Source: Candidatus Poribacteria bacterium
GTDB taxonomy: Bacteria; Poribacteria; WGA-4E; WGA-3G
Length of the DNA: 64,000 bases
Assembly (NCBI GenBank): GCA_965205025.1
Contig: CBDBFU010000028.1
Location: 128,001-192,000 of the forward strand
Direction of reading: 5' to 3'
Program-made: the position numbers and the translations under genes
Shown: one piece after another, positions 50,080-60,055 of the stretch
Numbering within the stretch: the stretch's first letter is position 1
Layout of the letters: each line of letters starts with the position of its first letter
The notes under the pieces: generated by a model
What the model was told of the DNA's origin: nothing
Database searches by the model: none
Seen by the model: only the letters and a program-made list of their open reading frames with translations

Positions 50080-50820
50080 ATGTTAAACACCTCAGAAAAA
50101 TCTCATCTTGATGAATACGGATATTTATTGTTGGAAAATATGATTTCAACAGATACAGCCGCGATATTACGGGAACGTTCTATGGAACTTGCAGAATTAG
50201 AACAAGCATCTGGTCATGGTCATACATATATGCAGGATGATCGTGCTCAACGAGTTTGGAATCTCATTGATAAAGGAGAAGTCTTTGAAGAGGCAATTCA
50301 ACACCCGAATATGCTTCCTGCGATGGAATATCTTCTTGGTGGTGATTGTACGCTCAGTTCTTTTACAGTCAATATCCTTTATCCTGGAGCACCAGATGGT
50401 GGTCTCCATATTGATTATCCCTTATCATCGCTTCCGACACCTCGTCCAAACTTTCCATTGGTTGCCAACAGTGTTTGGTTTTTAGATGATTTTACACTTG
50501 AAAACGGAGCTACCAGTTGTGTACCAAGTAGTCATCATAGGTTGGAAGCAGTGCCTGAATCGGGAGTGGAATATGATGATGAGAAACAGATCTGTGGACC
50601 TGCGGGATCAGTTTTAATTGTCAATGGTGCGGTTTGGCATGGTTCATCAGAGAATAGAAGTGATACGACTCGTGTCGCGTTACTCGGCTTTTTCTGTCGT
50701 TCTGTTCTAAAACCACAACAGGATCATATTAAGATTGTATCTGATGAAGTAATTGACCGTGCTTCTCCGACCTTAAAACGTTTACTTGGATTTAATTCGT
50801 TGCCAAATTTGAATACGTAG
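50080..50820 (+). CDS. Phytanoyl-CoA dioxygenase (PhyH) family protein
   Basis: LHIDYP, DDFTLENGAT, WHG; 3' end overlaps hemY by 29 nt. Confidence 0.9.
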   Translation: MLNTSEKSHLDEYGYLLLENMISTDTAAILRERSMELAELEQASGHGHTYMQDDRAQRVWNLIDKGEVFEEAIQHPNMLPAMEYLLGGDCTLSSFTVNILYPGAPDGGLHIDYPLSSLPTPRPNFPLVANSVWFLDDFTLENGATSCVPSSHHRLEAVPESGVEYDDEKQICGPAGSVLIVNGAVWHGSSENRSDTTRVALLGFFCRSVLKPQQDHIKIVSDEVIDRASPTLKRLLGFNSLPNLNT

Positions 50821-52237
50821 TAATTGAATCTAAGAGGGATAGGGCAGCTTGTTCACCACTGTGGATACAATCTGGGATTCCGATGCCAGTGTATGCGTTC
50901 CCTGCTAATGTAATTCCTTTAATGTTTTTTATTATAGCTTGGATATCACTAATATTGCTCTGGTGTCCTACCAAATATTGTGCCATTGATTGGCTATGAT
51001 GGCTGACAACTGTAAATATAGGTTCGGTTTTAATACCGAGTAAATTGGACACATCTTTTATAGTCAGAGAAACAACTCCCTCAAGACCCAAATTTTGCAT
51101 TGTATTCTCACCCACGAATGCACGAATTAAGACATTTTCCAGAGGTACGCGATTCTCAAATTTAACACTGCTAAATGAGCAACCAATTAAATTCAGTTGT
51201 TCTGTTATAGGGACAACAAAACCCATTCCGTTGAGAGGATGTGAAATATCTTCACGACGGAAAGCCATATTAACTGTGGTTGAGGATGTGTATGGTATAG
51301 TATTGAGTTTTTCTGCTACAGTAGGGATTTCATTGTTTATGATTTGACTTGTACGTGGCGCGGGTAGTGCAATGCAGAGTAAATCTGTTTCTACAGTAGT
51401 ATCGTTTTCAAGAACAACCTGCCAAGTGGAGTTGCCATCATATTTGTGAATTGTCTTAACTGTAGTGTTGTGTTGGATACACTCTGAGAGTTGCTCGGTA
51501 AGTGTATCAACTAAGGTCTGCATACCATTTGTGAAGGATAAGAATAGACTGTATCGTGGTCCACTTGTATCCCTACTTGTTTGGGATGCTCTCTTTTTTT
51601 GGTTAATGAGTGCTCTTATGATACTGCCATGTTCCTTTTCCATTTCCAAGAATCGGGGGAATGTTGCTTTCAAACTTAGATTTTCTGCATCTGAAGTGTA
51701 GATACCACCAATCATGGGTTGTGCCATACGTTCAAATGCTTCAGTACCAAGTCGGCGTCTAACGAACTCTGCAACCGATTCATCATCAGGATTTTCTTGG
51801 GGTGAAATGATCAGATCTAATAATATTCGGAGTTTACCTTTCAAACTGAATATAGGTGTTTTTATAAATGGTAGGAAAGATCCGGGAGCCATCATGTAAA
51901 ATCCTTCTGGTACAGGAATGAGTTTTCTGTTCCGTACTACGAAGCTTCTTCTGACTTTGGAATTTGTACTGATCAGATGTTTATCAATCCCGAGTTCTTC
52001 ACATAACGCTTTTGCCCACGGTTTTGTTGATATAAAGGCGTCTGGACCGTGTTCAATGACAAATCCATCTCGATGTTCTGTTTGTATAACACCACCAACT
52101 CTGTTGCTTGCTTCAAGTAACTTTAAGTCGAGAGGGATATCTCTTTTTTCTGCTTCAGTTTTTAGTCGATAGGCAGCTGCCAAGCCAGTAATTCCACCTC
52201 CGATGACGATGGCGCGTTTGTTTGGTTGGGTCATCAT
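50792..52237 (-). CDS. hemY: Protoporphyrinogen/coproporphyrinogen oxidase (HemY type)
   Basis: GGGITGL FAD motif, EHGPDAF, GGIY, GIGIPDCI; often annotated hemG. Confidence 0.93.
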   Translation of the reverse strand: MMTQPNKRAIVIGGGITGLAAAYRLKTEAEKRDIPLDLKLLEASNRVGGVIQTEHRDGFVIEHGPDAFISTKPWAKALCEELGIDKHLISTNSKVRRSFVVRNRKLIPVPEGFYMMAPGSFLPFIKTPIFSLKGKLRILLDLIISPQENPDDESVAEFVRRRLGTEAFERMAQPMIGGIYTSDAENLSLKATFPRFLEMEKEHGSIIRALINQKKRASQTSRDTSGPRYSLFLSFTNGMQTLVDTLTEQLSECIQHNTTVKTIHKYDGNSTWQVVLENDTTVETDLLCIALPAPRTSQIINNEIPTVAEKLNTIPYTSSTTVNMAFRREDISHPLNGMGFVVPITEQLNLIGCSFSSVKFENRVPLENVLIRAFVGENTMQNLGLEGVVSLTIKDVSNLLGIKTEPIFTVVSHHSQSMAQYLVGHQSNISDIQAIIKNIKGITLAGNAYTGIGIPDCIHSGEQAALSLLDSITTYSNLATN

Positions 52238-52254
52238 CTATGTTTCAGTTAAAA

Positions 52255-53196
52255 TTATTCAGATTTCTCACAGACAAAATCTGCTAACATGGAGATAAAG
52301 TTCGGATGGTCTCCAACAGTTTGTGCCCGGATAAAATCTATTCCGTTTTCTTTTGCAGTTTCTTTTGCTTCAATATCAAGGTCGTATAACACCTCAACAT
52401 GATCGCATAGAAAACCGATTGGTGAAACAACAACCGTATCAACACCTTGCTCCTTTTTTGTTTTCAACAGATCATTGATATCGGGTTGTATCCAAGGGAT
52501 AGGACTGTTTTCTACCTCACTTTGATAAGCTAATGTGAAGTCAGATTTTGCTAACATTGCTGTTGTTGCTTCGGCGGTTTTTCTAAACTGTTGTGTATAT
52601 TGTGAATTATCCGCGGCAGCCTGAGGAATTGAATGTGCTGTGAAAATAAGCTCGGATATCTCAAACTTATCCCCACATGCGGTCTTGATAAGATCTGCAA
52701 TTGCACTCACATATCCATCGTGCGTATACCATGGCTCAAGGTAATCAATTGTTATGTTCGTATTCTCAAGAGCATCAATACCTTTTTGGACGGCATTTTG
52801 ATACCATTCCCAACTGACTTTTGCTTGGTGTGGTGCCATAATAATACCGAGGATATTACGGTGACCTTTTTGTGCAATTTCAGCGATGACTTCCTTTAGG
52901 TAAGGTGTCCAATGTCTGAATCCTGCATAAACCGGTAATCGCAAATTCCGTTCTTCCAATGCATTTTGTAACGCTTTTGCTTGTTTATAGGTTAATTCGT
53001 TAAATGGTGAATATCCACCTAATTTAATGTAATGAGTTGAGATATCTCTAACCCGTTCTTTTTGTGATTCTGCATCCCCCGCAATCCCTTCAACAAAACA
53101 GTAGGCTTCCCCAGGACAAGAATTTATATTATACTTATTGCAACATCCCGGTGTTGGACCACCAAATGCGACCAGTAATACACAATCATAATTCAT
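52255..53196 (-). CDS. hemH: Ferrochelatase
   Basis: FGGP, GGYSP, FTAHSIP, YQS, PIGFLCDHVEVLYDLD. Confidence 0.95.
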   Translation of the reverse strand: MNYDCVLLVAFGGPTPGCCNKYNINSCPGEAYCFVEGIAGDAESQKERVRDISTHYIKLGGYSPFNELTYKQAKALQNALEERNLRLPVYAGFRHWTPYLKEVIAEIAQKGHRNILGIIMAPHQAKVSWEWYQNAVQKGIDALENTNITIDYLEPWYTHDGYVSAIADLIKTACGDKFEISELIFTAHSIPQAAADNSQYTQQFRKTAEATTAMLAKSDFTLAYQSEVENSPIPWIQPDINDLLKTKKEQGVDTVVVSPIGFLCDHVEVLYDLDIEAKETAKENGIDFIRAQTVGDHPNFISMLADFVCEKSE

Positions 53197-53205
53197 TATC
53201 ATCTC

Positions 53206-54663
53206 CTATGTCATATTAGCAAATTGTGCTGGCATGAAACCAGGATCAGTATCAATTGCCTGTTGAAAAGCTTCACGAGCGAGGGTTTCATTTCCATTTG
53301 TACGATGTGCTAACCCAATTGAAAAATAAGCTTGAGCAAGTTTCGTACCCTCAAGACCACTGACTAAAGCCTTATAGATGGATTCCACACCGAGGTTAGG
53401 ATCGTCTCCATTCCTGAAGGATGAGAGTATATGATTATATCCGTACAAAAGATGTGCAGGTGCGTATTCAGGATCTAATTCAAGTGCGATGTTTATAGCA
53501 TTTTTTGCTTCATAGAAAAAATCACCTTTCTCCAGAACACTGGACACCGTTCGGGATGCTTGTATAAGTGTATCCGCGTATTCAGTCCATGCTTCTGGTA
53601 GGTTAGAGAATTTCTCTGTGGCACTTTTCATAATGGCAATTGCTAAGCCTAAGTCGTCCCCTTCTGCAACTTCTTCTGCAGTCTCCCTATACACATCATA
53701 GTCTTCTAATTCTTTTGTTTTTTGGTGTAGTTTTTCAATATCTGCTTTAGGTATTGCAGAAGGTTTATAATGTTGCCATCCCGGTTCAGGATCATCAATT
53801 AATCCTCTGTAGACGCGTAAAATGGCATACCGAGGTGTTCCCCATACCTCAGCTATTTCACTTATCCAACCCGGCATGTTTGATTCCATGTCATTTAATA
53901 CATCTGATAAAGACAAGTCTTGCTCTACACGTTTACGGACTTCTGTAATGAAATATGATTCAATTTTAAGAAGTAAATCTATTTCCTCATCATGAGCTAA
54001 AGGACCGTGTCCCGGGAGAACATGATCTGGGGAATATGTCCTCAGTTCTTCAATTGTGTTAATCCAATCGTGATTCGCCATGAGTCCTTCATTCATAACT
54101 GGTTGTCCAAAAATCGGGAAACTCCCTGTCATGATGGTATCACCTGAAACAATACATCCTTCAGCTGGAATCCTAATGGCTGTAGCATCATCTGTTTCTG
54201 CTTTTCCTAAATGAATAAGGTGAAGCAGCTGATTTCCTAAATCGAGTTCTGTTTCGTATTCAAATGTATGTTGTGGAAGAAAAGGTGGATCTCCTAAAGT
54301 AAAACCACGGGAACGTAGAAATGCTTCCTGACGGGGAGCTCTATTAACCATAAAATCTTTGGTCAGTTCACGTGCTATAACAGTAGCACCCTCTTGTTGG
54401 AAGATTGTATTCCCATTTGTATGATCCCAGTGATAATGTGTATTGATGGCATAAAGAATCGGTTTATCAGTGACGGATCTAATAGCCGCAAGTAGACGTT
54501 TTCCCATCATTTGGTTAACTTGTGTATCAATTACCGCAACGCCATTATCCCCTATAATAATTGATGAGTTTACAATATTTCGAAACAGATAAACCCGATC
54601 TGTTATTTTAACGAGATGTCCATATTGTCGAGGGACAAAAGGATTTTCAATTGTCTTGTTCAT
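53206..54663 (-). CDS. MBL-fold metallo-hydrolase with C-terminal TPRs
   Basis: THYHWDHTNGN, SGD, PGHG; TPR helices. Confidence 0.88.
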   Translation of the reverse strand: MNKTIENPFVPRQYGHLVKITDRVYLFRNIVNSSIIIGDNGVAVIDTQVNQMMGKRLLAAIRSVTDKPILYAINTHYHWDHTNGNTIFQQEGATVIARELTKDFMVNRAPRQEAFLRSRGFTLGDPPFLPQHTFEYETELDLGNQLLHLIHLGKAETDDATAIRIPAEGCIVSGDTIMTGSFPIFGQPVMNEGLMANHDWINTIEELRTYSPDHVLPGHGPLAHDEEIDLLLKIESYFITEVRKRVEQDLSLSDVLNDMESNMPGWISEIAEVWGTPRYAILRVYRGLIDDPEPGWQHYKPSAIPKADIEKLHQKTKELEDYDVYRETAEEVAEGDDLGLAIAIMKSATEKFSNLPEAWTEYADTLIQASRTVSSVLEKGDFFYEAKNAINIALELDPEYAPAHLLYGYNHILSSFRNGDDPNLGVESIYKALVSGLEGTKLAQAYFSIGLAHRTNGNETLAREAFQQAIDTDPGFMPAQFANMT

Positions 54664-54671
54664 TAATGTTC

Positions 54672-55751
54672 CTAAAAACTTTTTGCGATTTTTACAAAAT
54701 GTTTAACATTTTCAAAAGGTGTATCTCTGTGAAGTCCGTGGCTTAAATTCAGTATATGTCCTATTTTTCCGCCTTGTTCTAAACAGGTGTGAACTGCATT
54801 AGATATATCAGAGAATGAACCATCCCTAAGTATATCGTTATCAACATTTCCTTGAAATGCGATAGAGCTATTTATGTCGGTCTTTACTTTCTTCAGATTC
54901 AAACATTTCCCAATGCTAAGCACACCCGCTCCACTTTGGTGCATCATATCAATATAAGGACACTCTTTAGCAAATAGAATAGCCGGGGTTTGAGAATTAA
55001 TAGCAGAGAAAATTCGTTGATGGTATGGTAGGGCAAATGTCTTGTATATTTCACTGGATAATACATCTGCGATAGATTCGAATAGTTGAACAATCTGAAC
55101 CCCTCGACTTATCTGAAAATTCAGATAATGTATCGTCATTTCTGTCAACTTATCTAATAAGCAATGCATTAAATTTGGTTCAGATTCCATCATTTGGAAA
55201 ACAGGTTTAGCTTTTTCTGATATCCCTTCACCTTTTTTCATAGGACTCTCTCCCGCTATAAGGAAAAAGGCAAGTGTTAATGGAGCACCTGCAAAACCGA
55301 TTAAAGGTAATTCACCATTCAGTGTTTCACGGAGGGAGTGTATGACATTACCCGTGTATTCCAATTGTATCTGTGGATTGTCAAGAGGTTTAAGTCCATC
55401 AATTTGTTCTTTGTTCCGTATAGGTGGATTCAAGAATGGTCCAGGACTAAACCGGAAGTGTGCCCCCATTGAAGCGAGTGGAGTCAGAATATCTTTATAG
55501 ACTATAATTGCGTCAACACCAATACGTTTTGGGAGGAGGGAGATTTCAACTGCTAAGTCCACATCGGTGTGTGAATCGGGACCAGGGCAAGTACGGAAAA
55601 GTCGCTCTAATGGTAGGTTTTTCTCTTGTCGTATCTTTCGATATAATGGATCTGATCTACCAGCTTGTCGCATCATCCAAACAGGTACACGTTCTACAGG
55701 TAGACATTTTGCAGCGCGGAGAAGTAGATCGTTTTGTAATTGTTGTTCCAT
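54672..55751 (-). CDS. hemE: Uroporphyrinogen decarboxylase
   Basis: PVWMMRQAGR, LIGFAGAP, QGNVD, NLSHG. Confidence 0.95.
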   Translation of the reverse strand: MEQQLQNDLLLRAAKCLPVERVPVWMMRQAGRSDPLYRKIRQEKNLPLERLFRTCPGPDSHTDVDLAVEISLLPKRIGVDAIIVYKDILTPLASMGAHFRFSPGPFLNPPIRNKEQIDGLKPLDNPQIQLEYTGNVIHSLRETLNGELPLIGFAGAPLTLAFFLIAGESPMKKGEGISEKAKPVFQMMESEPNLMHCLLDKLTEMTIHYLNFQISRGVQIVQLFESIADVLSSEIYKTFALPYHQRIFSAINSQTPAILFAKECPYIDMMHQSGAGVLSIGKCLNLKKVKTDINSSIAFQGNVDNDILRDGSFSDISNAVHTCLEQGGKIGHILNLSHGLHRDTPFENVKHFVKIAKSF

Positions 55752-55928
55752 ATTTTTAATGGATTTACCTTTACCGCGCTTTAATTGCAAGAAGTACTAA
55801 TGTTAATTCCCTAAACACAAGTGAAATATAATTACTCTAACGAGTTGTGTTAAATAACTTTTAGCAACCAATAATTTCACATATATAATAGTTGATATGA
55901 ATATCCTACATTAGTTAAGACTTTCTTT

Positions 55929-56111
55929 AGTCCCGTAGGGACGGAATGTCTATAGAAAAACGTGTTTGACCACTATCTTGAGTCCCGTAGGGACGGAATG
56001 TCTATAGAAAAACGTGTTTGACCACTATCTTGAGTCCCGTAGGGACGGAATGTCTATAGAAAAACGTGTTTGACCACTATCTTGAGTCCCGTAGGGACGG
56101 AATGTCTATAG
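55929..56111. repeat. 52-bp perfect tandem repeat x3.5 carrying a REP-like palindrome
   Basis: Unit AGTCCCGTAGGGACGGAATGTCTATAGAAAAACGTGTTTGACCACTATCTTG. Confidence 0.92.
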
Positions 56112-56196
56112 TAAAAAAACAAAATCCGTAAAAACAACAAATACATTTAGTTAACTGGCACAAGTCGTTACTCTAAAGTTTAGTTAGACAAATTCC

Positions 56197-56544
56197 TCAT
56201 TCTGTTATACGTTTTTTCTGATACCGTTCTATTAGTTGTCTTAATTTTGCATAACTCTTCACATTTTTCATGATTCTCCCACTTTCTCTTTCTTCAAGAT
56301 AGAGTAAGAATCCCATAAGGTATAGGCTTGCAAGGAACAGTATAAAACCGGAACAACACTGTACTAATGCCCCATGGTTAGAGAGGTTTAAATTTATGTA
56401 TGGGGTGACAATAACATCTTCGCTTAGTGAATCAGGTGATACCTGTTCTGGCCAATCGATTGAAACGAGGTCACCCCATCCAGTAATACCAATTGAGAGA
56501 AAAGCAATTGAAAGAGTAAAAACAATAAAGAACGGAATACCCAT
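56197..56544 (-). CDS. Hypothetical two-TM membrane protein
   Basis: Two hydrophobic segments; directly follows the dehydrogenase. Confidence 0.55.
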   Translation of the reverse strand: MGIPFFIVFTLSIAFLSIGITGWGDLVSIDWPEQVSPDSLSEDVIVTPYINLNLSNHGALVQCCSGFILFLASLYLMGFLLYLEERESGRIMKNVKSYAKLRQLIERYQKKRITE

Positions 56545-56556
56545 ATCGTATACCAA

Positions 56557-57627
56557 CTAAGAAGATACTTTTATCAGTCCCTTCGTACAACTATCTTCTC
56601 TATTACGAACTTTCGTGATACCTTCAACGAGTGAATCGAGTGGAAATTCATGACTAATAATCTTATCCATATCAACATCTCCACTTGAAATAAGTTGAAC
56701 AGCTTCTTCCCAAGTATTTGGTGCCAACCAGGAAAATCTAATTGTCTTATCCATAAGGATAGTATCAAGTATAGGAACCTGCATTACATCAGTATCCCCG
56801 GGGAGACCGAAGATTACGATTGTAGCGTGTCGTCCTGTAACTTCAAGTGCTGTATGGATAGCATCAAGTGAACTTGTAGCAGTTATAGCACGATCAGCCA
56901 ATTCACCTTCATTCATATCTTCAATCAATGCCCCAAGGTCTGCTACATAGTGTGGAGAATCGGTGTCTTTAACATTAACTACTTCATCTGCTCCAAGATC
57001 TTTACCACAATCAAGACGATAGTCGCGTGTACCTACAAGTAGCACGTTTTTCAATCCACGACTTTTCAATACCTGAACCATCATAAGACCTATTGGTCCT
57101 GGACCAAAAACAACAGCTGTCTGTCCTTCTTCTGCGTTAAGATTATTGACTGCATATAGTCCACATGCCAGTGGTTCGGTAAGAGCACCTTGATCGTATG
57201 TAACGTTGTCAGGTAATTTTACTGTCCAACGGTAATCAGAGACTGCATATTCCGCGAAACCACCATCGACACCTACACCCAATACACGTTTTTCCGGACA
57301 TAGGTTGGATAGTCCTTTTTTACTCCAAGATGATTCTGGGTTGGATTGTACTGGATTAACAACAACGCGATCACCAACCTTAAATCCACCAGTTTTTTCA
57401 GCTTCGTTTCCAACTTCAACGACTTCACCAGTAAATTCATGTCCGAGAATTAAAGGTCCTTTTCCATCATCGGTTTCAAGTGAACTGTTCCCAAAATAGT
57501 ATGCCACATCTGACCCACAGATGCCAACTGAACGTACTTGAACCAATAAGTCTGTATCGGACGGTGCGGGTACTGGTCTATCTTCAAGATTCATTGATTC
57601 TGGTTCATAGAATATTTGCGATTTCAT
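56557..57627 (-). CDS. Zinc-dependent MDR dehydrogenase (sorbitol/threonine dehydrogenase-like)
   Basis: GICGSD, GHE, EPLAC, GPGPIG; AAGGAGG RBS. Confidence 0.92.
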   Translation of the reverse strand: MKSQIFYEPESMNLEDRPVPAPSDTDLLVQVRSVGICGSDVAYYFGNSSLETDDGKGPLILGHEFTGEVVEVGNEAEKTGGFKVGDRVVVNPVQSNPESSWSKKGLSNLCPEKRVLGVGVDGGFAEYAVSDYRWTVKLPDNVTYDQGALTEPLACGLYAVNNLNAEEGQTAVVFGPGPIGLMMVQVLKSRGLKNVLLVGTRDYRLDCGKDLGADEVVNVKDTDSPHYVADLGALIEDMNEGELADRAITATSSLDAIHTALEVTGRHATIVIFGLPGDTDVMQVPILDTILMDKTIRFSWLAPNTWEEAVQLISSGDVDMDKIISHEFPLDSLVEGITKVRNREDSCTKGLIKVSS

Positions 57628-57742
57628 TTTATTCCTCCTTATATGAACAGAGTTAGTGTATCATACCTATACAAAATATACAATGTAATTCCTTGTATGT
57701 TTATAACTGATTTCGTGAGTTTTTTTGAATATCTCAGTATAT

Positions 57743-57907
57743 TTAATCAGGACTTACGCATTTCATCTTAAAGTCCCCCTGACAAGGGGCGGGGAATGCC
57801 CTAAGGCATTCATACCGTTGATTCTTTAGGGGGTTAAAACACTGAAATGACGGCTTTTTAAGTCAAATTTCACCTTTTTCTGCTTATATTGCGTAAGTCC
57901 TGGTTAA
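57743..57907. mobile_element. MITE-like element with 18-bp terminal inverted repeats
   Basis: TTAATCAGGACTTACGCA ... TGCGTAAGTCCTGGTTAA (17/18); internal hairpins CCCCT..AGGGG and GAATGCC..GGCATTC. Confidence 0.65.
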
Positions 57908-57917
57908 TATTCTTATA

Positions 57918-58760
57918 TTACAATAAATATTTCATTGTTAAGAATAGATAACGACTACAGAATTCTCCCATGAGGACTGTTATGATAGCTATGAAAAGAA
58001 ATCCTGTTGCAGCTCGCGTTGCCCCTACCTCATCGCGTTCAACAGACCTTGGTCGTAGACAATCCCATGTAATGAAATATAGGAGTAGTGTAGCAGCAAA
58101 ACCTAACCCTATTCGCATATAAAAAATCAATTTAATATGGAAACTAAAAGGTACCGTATTTGCTGCATGTGATCTAAAAAACAGACCCAGACAAAACAGG
58201 ACTATAGATACAATCAGCACGACTAATAGAGTTGTATTATATCTTCTTAATAAATGTACAGGTAATTCGGGTGTTACAAGATACCAATGTCCAAACCACA
58301 TACCAGTATGAACTATACCAATAAGTGCAGCGGAAATAAGGAATTGGAACGGTAAGATAAAATGTATTACCGGTAATTGCACCTGATTAATGTATGTTAA
58401 GGCACTGATAATAATCAAACCACACCCACAAAATGACCCACCACCAAATAACAGCATTCTGATAATTGGATACTTGAACCACCAGCTGATAGTATAGGCA
58501 AAAAGTAATAGGAAAAATACGATTATCAGAATAGCTTCTGTATCTTCCCAGTAGAAGAAGAAATTTGAGATACTTACAGACTGCTGATGTAGGTATAGAT
58601 TAGCACACCTTGCTAACCCCACAACAAGAAGATATATTCCACCCATAAGACGATAAAAGTTTGCACCAACTACACCTTTGGGTATAAGGATAAGTACGAC
58701 AAACCCACCAACAGACAGTTGTGTGAATACAAGGTAGAAGATTTCGCTAATACTAAACAT
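57918..58760 (-). CDS. Polytopic membrane protein (about 8 TM, weakly DmsC-like)
   Basis: LVFTQLSVG start, GMWFGHWYL, GEFCSRYLF end. Confidence 0.7.
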   Translation of the reverse strand: MFSISEIFYLVFTQLSVGGFVVLILIPKGVVGANFYRLMGGIYLLVVGLARCANLYLHQQSVSISNFFFYWEDTEAILIIVFFLLLFAYTISWWFKYPIIRMLLFGGGSFCGCGLIIISALTYINQVQLPVIHFILPFQFLISAALIGIVHTGMWFGHWYLVTPELPVHLLRRYNTTLLVVLIVSIVLFCLGLFFRSHAANTVPFSFHIKLIFYMRIGLGFAATLLLYFITWDCLRPRSVERDEVGATRAATGFLFIAIITVLMGEFCSRYLFLTMKYLL

Positions 58761-58765
58761 AGTTT

Positions 58766-58803
58766 AAAAGAAACCCCATTATAGTAAAACCATAATGGGG
58801 TTC
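58766..58803 (-). terminator. Terminator after rplL
   Basis: AACCCCATTAT...ATAATGGGGTT stem followed by TCTTTT on the minus strand. Confidence 0.65.
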
Positions 58804-58854
58804 AGATACTTAACTATAGAAGGTTACCTTCATATATGAAGGTCTGATTTTATA

Positions 58855-59253
58855 CTATATGATTTCGACTTCAGCACCGACAGCTTCAAGTTGCTCTTTA
58901 GTTTTCTCTGCGTCTTCTCTGCTTAAACCTTCTTGAATAACAACAGGAGCAGATTCAACTTTCTCTTTTGCTTCCTTCAAACCAAGTCCTGTGATAGAGC
59001 GTACCTCTTTGATAAGAGGAATCTTCTGACCACCGATCTCTTTGATTTGTACATCAAATTCGGTTTTTTCAGCAGCTTCTTCACCCTCACCATCTGCTGC
59101 TGCCCCTGGCGCAGCAGCGACACCTGCTACTGCCATTGCAGGCATGGCTGAAGCACTAACTCCAAACTTTTCTTCAAGAGCTTTAACTAATTCAGACAGT
59201 TCTAAGACCGTCATTTCACTAATCTCATCAATGATTTTTTCTAAATCTGCCAT
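58855..59253 (-). CDS. rplL: 50S ribosomal protein L7/L12
   Basis: [24 protein letters not shown]. Confidence 0.98.
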   Translation of the reverse strand: MADLEKIIDEISEMTVLELSELVKALEEKFGVSASAMPAMAVAGVAAAPGAAADGEGEEAAEKTEFDVQIKEIGGQKIPLIKEVRSITGLGLKEAKEKVESAPVVIQEGLSREDAEKTKEQLEAVGAEVEII

Positions 59254-59284
59254 TTTTCAATCCTTTCTAAGAAAATTACAAAGC

Positions 59285-59845
59285 CTATTCAGCGGCTTTC
59301 TTTTGTTCGGCGACCTGTGTTAGGACAGATGTCACCTGACCGATTGTATTATTTAGTACATTCACAAACCCTTGTATCGGTGATCCATTGTTAAGCACAT
59401 TTACAAGTCCATATAGAGGAGCACCTATTCCACCAATTGTTTTAGCAATAAGTTCATCTTTTGATGGCATATCTTGTAGTGCTTTAACACCATCAGCATC
59501 AATGACTGTTGATCCAAGAATGCCACCTTTAATTTTTAAATTTTCATGCTCTTCAATGAAATCGTATAGTAATTTACTCGATGCAGCAGGATCATCACAC
59601 CCTGCAAGAGCAGTGTTACCTTTTAAGTATGGCGCAATACCTTCAAGTTCTCTTTCTTGCGCAACGACATTAATTAACGTATTCTTACAAACCTTATACT
59701 GGATATTAGCATCACGAAGTCGTTGGCGTAAATCGTTAACCTCCGCAACAGTTAGTCCTTGAAAATCTGTAAGAAGAATGACATCCGAACTTTCAAAAAG
59801 CTCGCGAATTTGTCCAACCTGCTGAACATTAGCTTCATTCGGCAT
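59285..59845 (-). CDS. rplJ: 50S ribosomal protein L10
   Basis: DFQGLTVAEVNDLR, KNTL, KIKGG; synteny. Confidence 0.97.
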   Translation of the reverse strand: MPNEANVQQVGQIRELFESSDVILLTDFQGLTVAEVNDLRQRLRDANIQYKVCKNTLINVVAQERELEGIAPYLKGNTALAGCDDPAASSKLLYDFIEEHENLKIKGGILGSTVIDADGVKALQDMPSKDELIAKTIGGIGAPLYGLVNVLNNGSPIQGFVNVLNNTIGQVTSVLTQVAEQKKAAE

Positions 59846-59884
59846 AGGTTAGCTCCTTTCCCAATTTGGCTATTTCATCCGAAA

Positions 59885-60020
59885 TAGAAAAACCCCCATT
59901 GGACTGGAGGCTTGACTCAACTACGGAAAGTAAAATGTTCTACTACCTAAGTAGTATTCAATGAACTCAATCCGAGTCTCGGTAGGTAATTAAGCCAAAG
60001 CCCCTACTTTCTACAACTCT
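59885..60020 (-). promoter_or_regulatory. L10 leader autoregulatory RNA
   Basis: Minus strand AGAAAGTAGG...TTAA...CCTACCGAG upstream of rplJ; boundaries approximate. Confidence 0.65.
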
Positions 60021-60055
60021 ATTCTGGTATGATAAATATAGTTTAAACCTTAATT

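Noticed and set aside
50792-50820. Regulatory significance of the phyH/hemY 3' overlap
   Set aside because: Short convergent overlaps are common
55929-56111. CRISPR array
   Set aside because: The would-be spacers are identical, no cas genes are present, and the unit recurs as a dispersed REP-like repeat
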